A stretch of DNA of 64,000 nt, taken from Rebecca billardiae RCC1528 (Eukaryota; Protista; Haptophyta). Position numbers and translations under genes: made by a program. The stretch is from NCBI GenBank assembly GCA_965240325.2, contig OZ251230.1, positions 930,001-994,000 on the forward strand, written 5' to 3'. Of this stretch, positions 54,972 through 64,000 are shown piece by piece (within the stretch, counting starts at the first letter, position 1; every line of letters starts with the position of its first letter). The notes under the pieces were generated by a model. It had not been told where the DNA came from, did no database searches, and worked only from the letters and a program-made list of their open reading frames with translations.

Positions 54972-56413
54972 ACTCTCAAATGCGTGGACGAAGGGCTCGG
55001 CGTCGCGGGTCGCGTCGGAAGTGACCGTGTTAGGACGGCCACTTGCATCGTCGCAGAACGCGCTGCGCGAGTTTCGAATGGGAATCACGTGCGACGTGGC
55101 ACCGTCCTGTGCCACTGTCCCCTGAGGCATGACTCAGTAACTGACTTTAACCAAATGAAAGTAACTGGTCGAGAGTTGCTACTGCTAGCGTACGGGTTCA
55201 AGATTCAAGGTCGTCAGTGTGACTGTGATGCATACAGTAGTCGCCCGCCGCCTCGGCCCATCCCGCATCCGCGGATCCAATTGGCGTGAACTCTCGAGTC
55301 TCGTCCTCGAGCTATGTATATATATTAACGACGTGGTATGCAACGGGCAGGCGTCAGAGTCAGCAATGACAGAATGCAAATAATAAGTTCGGGCCCGTCC
55401 CTGATCCGGTGACGCCGGTGGCGGCATGGCCTGCTACAGAGTCACGAGTTCGTAACCGGTCCGTCACTCTTGTTTAATGTTTAGACTCTTGAGTCTCCGA
55501 CGTTCTGCCCCGTTATTTACAGGCAGCGGATTCGCCCCCGCACCGCCCGCACGGACCGGGCCCCGCGCAGCGCTGACTAGCTCACTCGAGCACTAGTAGC
55601 AGTAGCAGTGCCAAGCAGACTCAGTGAAGCAGAGTACTAGTAGTGACTGCGCTGGCAACCGCCTGCGTCGGTGGCCCTGGCTAGCCCTTGCCTGATGCTA
55701 GCAACTAAGTTAGTAAGTAAGTGCGTAGTCTACTCCGTGAATTATTGCTGATTATCGATCATACTCGGACTTAAAGACTCAGTCACTGACTAGATAGACG
55801 AGTGAAGTCCTGAGACCTGAGGCGACCGTGAGTGATCCTACTCTTGACTGTAACTGACTTAGGAGTGTCAGTATGCACTGCTGCGCAGTCAGGCGCTCAG
55901 AGACGACACTAGACAGAGTGGCGCTCTGTCAGCGCCGAGACGGCCTACCACTACCCTGCTGCTGAGCTCGACCCGCGAGTCGCCATTTATTCGCTAACGG
56001 CTGCAAAGTGTAAGGCTGCTAATTACTCTGTCACTCAGTGCTACTCGTCGGCCTGCATTCCGCAGCCCAGTCGTCAGTAGCTACCGAAGTCCGCGCCACG
56101 CCGAGTCTGCTGTGATCTGCCATCTCAATAATACTTCAGGCGCAGCGGCGGCCGGTGTCCGCCAAGTCAGTCAGACACGCCGCTCGTGTGACACGCCGCT
56201 CGACAACACGCAGCATTGTAGACTGTCCCCTGTAGAGAAGAGCCCGCGAGATCGGCTGATGCGACCCGTACTAGACTAATCTCGCCTGCCTGAGCTGTGT
56301 GCGTCTCTTATTCTTAGTAAACTGTAGCTGTGGCTGACTACCTCTGACTAGCTTGCTCGATCCCATGCCGCAGTCATAGGAGACATGGACCCTGGGCAAA
56401 ATAGTCGCGGATG

Positions 56414-56505
56414 GATGAAGAGGAAATCGCTTCGACACTCCGCGCGTAAAATCCGCGTGCGATTTTCAAGAGCCTAGCTGAAGAACGAAGCGATTTCCAT
56501 TCATC
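56414..56505. repeat. ~92-bp foldback (inverted repeat) upstream of the PhyH gene
   Basis: GATGAAGAGGAAATCGCTTCG / CGAAGCGATTTCCATTCATC arms with an inner AAAATC..GATTTT stem. Confidence 0.75.
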
Positions 56506-56597
56506 GATGACTAACTAGTATTTTTCGAGACGACGCCGGCCGCAAGGATTACGAGCGGGCTCTGTCCGCGCAGACCACGCCAACGCGGCTGGCAGCC

Positions 56598-57596
56598 ATG
56601 CTCGCGGCGGCCATCGTGAGCCTGGCGCTGTCCGTGGCCGGGCCCGGCGGCGCATATCAAACGCGAGCCCTGCGTGCGGCGGTGCGTGCATCATCTGCTC
56701 CCTCCGCAACGGCTGCCGCCACCGCCGCCGCCACGGACTTCAACGTCGAGATAGCCGTGCCGAGCGAGGAGGTTGCAGCAGGCGTTCTGTCGCAGGCGAC
56801 GGTCGACCGCGCCACCGCGTCCTTCCACGAACACGGCGTGGTCGTGCTGCGCGACATCCTTCCGCTTGAACTCGTGGACGAGTTCGCATCGATCGCGTCC
56901 GACAACCTGCAGGCGTGCCGCCAGCAGCTGAAGAAGCAGCACGGCATCAGCGCGATGGAGTCGGCGCCGTTTGCGTTCACCGAGATATGCCACCGCTCCA
57001 AGGGGCGGTTCGACATGCAGCTGCGCCCGGGGTTTGCGCCCGTGCCGGTCACCGACGTGCGTGTGCAGGAGAACGCGCCGTGGCTTCCCATCGTGCGCGC
57101 GCTGCTCGGCTCGACCGCCAAGCACCTCTTCACTGGCGCTGTCGTGTCCGCGCCGGGCTCGGATCCGCAGCAGCCGCACATGGATGGAGGCCATCTCTTC
57201 GGCCTGAACGAGCCGGACTCGCTGATGTGCCCGGCGCACTGCTTGAATGTCTTCGTCCCCCTCGTCCCCGTCAGCATGGAGAACGGCCCGACCGAGTTCT
57301 GGCCAGGCACGCAGCGGCTCACCGGTCAGCGACCGAGCACGGACGGTCCGAGCATCGCGCCTGAGCTCGGCCTGGGCACGATCGCCATGTTCGACTACCG
57401 CGTGCTGCACCGCGGACTGCCGAACCACTCCTCCTCGGCCCGGCCGGTGATGTACGTCACGTACGCTCGGCCGTGGTTCCTCGACGTGGAGAACTTCCCG
57501 TCGCAGCGGCTCTTCCCGGATGGCGCGGCTCCCGAGCCCAAGGGGTTCAAGGTGGCGGGCGGCGGCAAGGCGGGCGCTAAGCGGCGAAAGAAGTAG
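56598..57596 (+). CDS. Phytanoyl-CoA dioxygenase (PhyH) family Fe(II)/2OG oxygenase with signal leader
   Basis: FHEHGVVVLRD, QQPHMDG (HxD), NVFVPL...NGPTEFWPGT, FDYRVLHRGLPN..RPVMY. Confidence 0.92.
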   Translation: MLAAAIVSLALSVAGPGGAYQTRALRAAVRASSAPSATAAATAAATDFNVEIAVPSEEVAAGVLSQATVDRATASFHEHGVVVLRDILPLELVDEFASIASDNLQACRQQLKKQHGISAMESAPFAFTEICHRSKGRFDMQLRPGFAPVPVTDVRVQENAPWLPIVRALLGSTAKHLFTGAVVSAPGSDPQQPHMDGGHLFGLNEPDSLMCPAHCLNVFVPLVPVSMENGPTEFWPGTQRLTGQRPSTDGPSIAPELGLGTIAMFDYRVLHRGLPNHSSSARPVMYVTYARPWFLDVENFPSQRLFPDGAAPEPKGFKVAGGGKAGAKRRKK

Positions 57597-59329
57597 CGCC
57601 CCAGTGACGCGGCGTCGCCCACGTGGCGGTGGCAGTGCCAGGTGTCATGTCGGGTACTAGGCCGACGCCCTAAGGGCCCTTAAGGCGCTGAGTGCACCGG
57701 CTGAGTGGTGGCACTCAGTGTAACTCAGGCTGAGGCTGTGGCGCAGGCCCCGTGCCGAGACCCGCTCGGAGGGGGCAGCTGTCAGCTGAGCGCACACACA
57801 GCTGCCGCCCCCGACGATCTCAATCGGATGATGATGATCGAGTGATGAGCATGCCGTAATAGCCGAGTGAGTGTCCGCGCAGACAATCTACTAGCAGCGC
57901 GCTTATTTACATCATTAAAGTGCGCATTGATTCGATCATACCGCATACGTGAATACTGATGCGCGGCGCCGTGGCCGCCTGCTGGCAGCGTGGGCCTGAA
58001 CCCGGACTACCGAGTCGTAAGAGTTCCGCCGTCGTAAATTATCCGCGCGGGCCATCCGTGCCTAATCGCTAATGGCTCATCCGGCGAGTCGCACAATAAA
58101 TAACTTATGCCGACTCTCTGCTTACTTGAGTTGTGACTGACGGCCTGACGGGTACCCGCTCACACTGAAATTCACAGAATAAATTCCAGCTAGCAGTAGA
58201 AAGTAGCTATATTGAGCATATTACAATTCAAATAGTATATGATGATAATAATTAACTTATATTTTCATAACTAGTATTTCAAAAAGTCAGTGCATGCAAC
58301 CGCAACGCATCAGACGTTCTTGGCTGCGTATTCCCGCATAGCAGCAGCGTATAGCCTACGTGGGCAACGATCAGTGCGGATTTGCCGACTAACTAACAGT
58401 GCAGCATGCTCTGGCTCATCGTCATCCGAACCGCCGAACGTCGAAATGTCGATCACCGCGCCTGCGTCACTGCTAAAATAGGCTCAGCAGTTCGTCATAG
58501 TATCGTCACTCAATCAGCACGCTGCTGACTGCTCAGTCTTAACGGACACTCAGACCCGAAACCGTGGCCGATCGGCTGCATCAGACTGAGCTGTGACCAC
58601 TGCGGCGCTGCTTCCGAGCCGAGCTGCGACGGCATAAACCAGCCATTATTGTCGTATCATAAACATATATCGATTTGAATCATCGTTGCCAGCAGTCTCG
58701 CCTCCCGATGACGATACGCGGGCGGATTTGACTCGGCCCGACGGCCGTGGCCGGTGCCCGGCGCGTGCCGGGACGAAGTTCCAGGCGGCCCAGGCGCGGG
58801 CCCGCCCCAGGGTCCGGACTCTGCCCGTGAGTCTGCCGCGGGCGGACCGCCGCCAGTTACAGGCGGCGGCTGTTGGTCATCAGTCACGAATATATACCGT
58901 ACTAGCTATTTGGTGGCGAGGCTGGCGACGGCAGTTTCAGATATCATCGATCTGCTTAATTATGACGATGACTAAGCAGGCGGCGCCAAACCATCACTAT
59001 ACCAAATATAACGGTAGTTCCGCCGTGAATGATGCCGATATGGAGTTATTCACGGTTCTCGGACTACGAAACGTCATACGTGGCCACGCGCGCTTCTGCT
59101 CATCATAGAGAGATCGAGACGAGAGTAGAGCTGCTAGACGAGAGAGAGACGAGCTAGAGAGAGAACTGTCTGATGGCATCCGCCGAGTGTTACTGTAACT
59201 ACCGTGAGTGTCACTCAGCATCAGTGATCATTGATCATCAGTCGTCGGACCTGAGCCTGGCAGCGTCCAATCAGACTGCTCGCGCGGCGCCGCCCGAGAG
59301 GCCTGAGTCCAGGATGCTGACGGCGGTCG

Positions 59330-61297
59330 TCACAAGCTGATGCTGGGAAGGCACTTGGTGACATCATGTGTCGAGTAGGAGCCGTACGTAGCCACGTGGC
59401 AATATGGGCCGCCTGCGGCGTGCGGCGTGCCAGTGCGCAGGGGCGTGCGAGGACGCTGCATTCAGCTTCGCGACGCTTTGTGTGCGAGTGAGGCGCGTGT
59501 GCGTGCCGCGCTGGGGACGTTCGCCCGCGCGGCGGCGCCCGCGCGCCAGCGCACCCCAGTCGAGCGCGAAGAGGGCCCAGCCGAGCGCAGCGCAGCCGAT
59601 GATGGCGAACGGCGCCTTCACGCCGTACCCCTTGACCAGCAGCATCGCGAGCAGCATCACCACCGCCTCGCCCGGCACTCTGACGTACTTGAAGTAGAGC
59701 TTGACGCACGCGGTGAAGACGAGGCCGATCGAGGAGGCGTTCATGCCGACGAGCATGCAGCGCACCCACGACTTCTGTCGCATCTTCTCCCAGAAGGGCA
59801 TGAACGCGTAGATGAGCAGGATGCCCGGCGAGAAGAGGCCTGGACGCGCGCGCGCGCGCGGGCGAGGGTGCCGAGCGCGCGTTCAGCCGCGCAGCCCCGG
59901 CGAGGGCGCGCCGGCAGCGCCTGCACACACCGATGAAGCCGACGAAGCCCCCGGGCACGCCGAGGAAGGCCGAGCCGAGGAAGGCGGAGAAGTTGAACAG
60001 CGGGCCGGGGAGCGACTGCGCCAGCGCCAGCCCGAAGGCAAACGACTCGCTGCTCACCCACTCGCACCCGCCCTGAGCGACCGCCGAGCCCGCAAAGTCG
60101 TGCACGTAGTTGGGCTCCTGCCCGCACCGGTCGGTGAACTCGCTCTCGAGCATGGGGAGCACGACCTGGGGGCGGGCGGGGAGGGCGCGGCGCGCGGACG
60201 AGCACGCGCGGGTGAGCGCGCGTACGCTCGCCCAGAGCCCGCGCAGCGCGCTCGCGCCCTGTGCCTCGCGCGCCGGCTCAACGCGCGGCCAGCGCTCGTC
60301 GCAGCGCCGCTGGCGCCGCCGGCCGGCGCACCTGCCCACCGCCGTAGATGGTGATCCCCATCTTGTACAGCGTCTGGAAGAGGGCGAAGAGCTTCGCGTC
60401 GTACGGCGTGGCGAAGGCGACGCCGGGGGTGAGCGCGACGAGCCACGAGACCACGAACACGAGCAGCGCGAGCAGCACAAGCACGTACCCCACCGCCGGG
60501 CGCATGCCCATCCGCCGCAGCAGCTCCTTGTCCTCGGGCGCGGTCAGCGGGTAAATCTCCCGGCGAGATTCGCGCCTCGAGTCCCAGATGGTGATGAGCC
60601 CGCCGATGATCATCATGCCGAGGTAGGCGAATGCGGCGAGCAGCGACGAGGGCAGGAGCAGCGCGATCAGCCCCGTCGCCGCCGCGAGCCCGACCTTGAT
60701 GCGGTCAGCGCCGCACGCCTTCATGCCGAGCGTGTACGCGGCGATGAACACCTGGCTGATCGCCGCAGGGCCCATGCCGACGACCACCTCCTTGTACGTG
60801 TTGACGGCGGTGGGATCGGCGCTCTCGCCCGCCACGAACGTGTGGATGATCGTGCCGACGGTGATGCACACGGCGAAGCCCACCCAGTCGAAGAGCACGA
60901 ACGCGAGCAGCCCGCCGAGCGCGCCCGCGCGGCTGATGCCCATCGCCGTCGCCATCTGCGTCGACGTCGGCCCAGGCATCGCTTGCCCGAGGCTCATGAG
61001 CTCCATGAAGCGCTCCTGGTCCAGCCACTGCTTCTCCTCAACGAAGGTCTTGAGGAACATCGCGATGTGCGCCTGAGGCCCGCCGAACGCGAGGAAGCCC
61101 ATCGGCAGGAATGAGACAAACACGTCCTTGAGCCGGGTGCTGTACGGCGCATCGTCCGTCGCGCGGGCCCGTTTCTGCTCGGGCGTCGCCGTGTCGACGA
61201 ACGGCTGCTCCTGCTCCCTCGGCTGGTCCGGCGGCGCAGCCGGCTGCAGCTCGTTCGCCGGCGGCCCGCCAGCGTCGTCGTGGCCAACCGGCGCCAT
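59330..61297 (-). CDS. chrA: Long-chain chromate ion transporter (CHR/ChrA family); introns 60166-60331, 59840-59930, 59413-59554
   Basis: GFLAFGGPQAHI, VEEKQWL..F.ELMSLGQAMPGPTSTQ, YGGGQ|VVLPML, LAQSLPGPLFNFSAFLG, F.PGILL. Confidence 0.93.
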
Positions 61298-61675
61298 GGC
61301 TCTCGAGGGAGATTCTACGAGCCTCGCCGTCGGCGAATTTTCGTTCCTTTTATTATATAGCAGCAGTCTGAAATCAATAGTCAACCGCCCGATTATTCCG
61401 GTCGTAAATGTTCTCGCTCATCATTTCATCCAGACATCCACGCGATTCTCGTCGTCAGCGCCCATATTCATCTTCGAGTAACCGACAGTCTGACAAATAA
61501 AGTTCGGCAAAATATGGGTACTCATTGTTAGTTTATAATTACCCGCCCATTTGAGATTCGTGAGGCCAAGTACGCCGCGCCGGGCGGCCGCCGTGGCCGT
61601 GAGAAGCCCCGGGCCTCGAGCACAGGCTCAGTCGGCGGAAGTCGTCGCCTCCTGCCTCGATCGCGCGCGAACGCC

Positions 61676-62151
61676 ATGTCGCGCATCTACACCGCCAACC
61701 AGTTCGAGGACACGTACAAGGCGTCGAGACTGTGCAACTGGGAGGTCCCCGCCCCGGAGAAGGCCCGCTCGCGCTCGCCGGAGCCGAGGCCGAAGGGCGC
61801 GAGGACAGAGTTCATTGCCAATGATCGCGGGTGGCTCAACCGCGGCGTCCACAAGGGTGCATCGGGGATCGACACGCCGTTCCAGGGAACGATCTCGTAT
61901 CGTTGGCCGTCGCACAACTCGCAGGCGATCTCCCCGTACTCGGGCGCCGCGACGATGGGGTGCGCTCACTGCTCTCTGCGTGCGCGCGTCCACTGCGGCG
62001 CTCTACTCACAGCCCCCCCCCGGCGCATGCGGAACTCGCGACGTGCACGGGTGGCCCCGCCAGGTACAAGGGCATCCAGACGGACTATCTGCCGACCTCT
62101 ACAGTGTATCCCAAGCTTATCCCCGGCACCCGCGAGCACAACTATCGCTGA
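61676..62151 (+). CDS. CFAP126: Flattop/CFAP126 ciliary protein; intron 61960-62063
   Basis: MSRIYTANQFEDTYKASRLCNWEVP and TEFIANDRGWL match the Flattop N-terminal motifs. Confidence 0.85.
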
Positions 62152-63188
62152 AGGTCCTGCCTGCTCAAGACTCGACGCCGTGGTCTCGGTTCTTTGGAGT
62201 GAATCCTCGCCGAGCCGCTGGGGTCACACATGGCACCTCCGGTCTCGCAGGCGGCAACTCGCCGCGCCCCGGTGCACAGCCTGATACATCCGACATCTAT
62301 GGCGGCGGCCATCCGGTGGTGTCGCGTTGTCACCGTCATCAGCGGCCAGGCTGGCTTCTAGTTCTGACGGCGTGTCGGGTCTACGGCGGTGCCAGGCTCG
62401 GATTGAGTGCAGTGCTGCGGTCTGCTGGCGGCCAGACGCCCAGATGGCAGACTCGGACGCCGGGGTCACATGCCGATACTACGGGCAATGCTGACTCAGG
62501 GAGCGGCAGCGTACTCATATGTGGAGAATGATTAAAACCGCGCTGCCACGGCGACCGCCACGGGCCGCGTCGTCCAGGATGCCGGGATGCGGCTCCGCGT
62601 CAGACTGAGACGTCAGGCGGTCGGCACTTGGAAACCGCGTGTATTCCGTGTGGCCGGTCCCGGGGGACCGTACATAATCAAGCTAGTTTAATTATTTAAT
62701 GGCCGTCGTACTGATCAGTGATTCATCAGAATGAGAGTCTGTAACTGTATGCGATCAGTAGTAGTCATCAACGGTGTCATTATATATATATTATATTCTT
62801 TACGCGGCTGGGCGGCCGCCCCGCGCGCCCGCGCGCCGAAATCGAATGAATTAATTGACGAATGGCGAAAGTTGCGGGACCGCACCGTGCCCGCGGGACC
62901 ACCGCCCGTCCGCCGTCTTTTTGCGCCTAACGAGACTAACGACTGCTGACTAGTTACCGACTCTTACTAAGTCAGTTAGATCGGCAGAGACGTCTGAATT
63001 AAATGCCGTGCTGTAAGTTATGTGTTACACATTTACTCAGACTCAGTCAGCAGAATTGAGTGTACCGCGCATTCTCGACAGAGAGTCTCAGCCGGAGTTA
63101 CTCTCAGTTAGACTTAGACTCATTAGAGTATACACTATACGGTCACTCACTTACCGAGTGAGAGAGTAGCTGCCTCTAATCATAATTG

Positions 63189-63260
63189 ATATACTATCTA
63201 TATCTATATCTATATAGATATATATCTATATCTATATCTATATCTATATATCTATATCTA

Positions 63261-63293
<33 letters not shown>
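63189..63293. repeat. (ATATCT)n/(AT)n microsatellite
   Basis: Directly visible. Confidence 0.95.
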
Positions 63294-63295
<2 letters not shown>

Positions 63296-63645
63296 CCGTT
63301 TACCTGCCAGTAGACAGTAGTGTTGATCATGAATCATGATGTGCTTCTGATCGGGCAAGAGCCAATTGGCAATTCGTGACTCGTGCCGTCACTGCCCGGT
63401 CCGGTCCTCCTGTCGCAATCTGTCTATCTGAGCCGGCGGTGAGCGGCTCCACGACACCACGCCGGAGCCACGCGCACGGCAAGGCACACGTGCCAGGTGG
63501 AGTGTGATGAGGAGTGTGAAGCGGAGCAGCGTGCTGCCGCGCGGAGACAGTGCGTCGTTACAGCAAGGAGGATAGATGGCAGTCGGCGTTGCCACCGCCG
63601 GCGCGCAGTGGCACACCAGCATCGCCGTGCGCCGCTGCTTCGCAG

Positions 63646-64000
63646 TCAGTCCAGAAGGGCATCCGCCATATCGTCGTCGTCGCTCTCGTCCCGCGAAGAT
63701 CCGCTCCGCTGGCGGCCTTGCTCCTGCGCCAGCAGCCGCCGAGCCTCTAGTTTGCACTGCACCAAGAACTCCTCTCGGGAGAAATCGTCGGACTGCGAGG
63801 GGGCGCGCGCACGGCGGAGGGACGGGTGGCGCGTCAGCGAGCGCGACACGCGCACTTGCGCGCGCTCCGATGCAGGTGCCTGCGACGCGCCAGGCATGGC
63901 GCCCGGCACCACGCGCGGCAGGCGGGTGGACGCGCGCGGCCGTCTACACACCACGAGCTCGCCGTTCTTATTCAAGCAGAGCAGCTTGAACGCGCGCACA
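63646..64000 (-). CDS. Possible 3' end of a gene entering from beyond the window
   Basis: Open frame to the window edge with a protein-like acidic C-terminus (FSREEFLVQCKLEARRLL...DESDDDDMADALLD). No family recognised. Confidence 0.3.
   Translation of the reverse strand, partial: VRAFKLLCLNKNGELVVCRRPRASTRLPRVVPGAMPGASQAPASERAQVRVSRSLTRHPSLRRARAPSQSDDFSREEFLVQCKLEARRLLAQEQGRQRSGSSRDESDDDDMADALLD

Noticed and set aside
1-64000. tRNA, rRNA or snRNA genes
   Set aside because: None recognised by eye. A tRNAscan-SE/Infernal run would be needed to exclude them.

Overview
This window is from a very GC-rich eukaryotic nuclear genome, not a prokaryote. Evidence: GC-rich GT(GCGC)...CAG introns, an RNA Pol III subunit, ciliary genes, and proteins with N-terminal targeting peptides. 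By inference the organism is a flagellated alga, plausibly a Pavlovales haptophyte. I recognise about 17 host genes: an alsin/ALS2-like RCC1-DH-PH-MORN-VPS9 protein, endonuclease V, GrxB-type glutaredoxin, a senescence/spartin-domain protein, RPC3, ATP-PFK, a kelch protein, a glycosyltransferase-like protein, CCDC81, an orphan secreted protein, a class IV sirtuin, a methyltransferase/double-DUF229 fusion, a carnitine acyltransferase, DUF4079, a PhyH dioxygenase, a chromate transporter and Flattop/CFAP126. Most long Arg/Ala/Gly-rich ORFs in the supplied track are shadow frames. The least explained material is intergenic: (i) a 1.9-kb CpG-poor module bounded by ~55-bp direct repeats, carrying a start-less OTU cysteine-protease ORF and a 14-unit 25-bp tandem array; (ii) two copies of a 1.55-kb element with asymmetric inverted repeats and terminal hairpins (Helitron2/Helentron-like); (iii) two copies of a ~1.5-kb element with a terminal GC hairpin and short permuted direct repeats, both next to gene starts, one split by a 677-bp MITE; (iv) small foldbacks, a phased 12-mer array and a 915-bp tandem duplication. 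All assignments are by eye from motifs; no searches were run.
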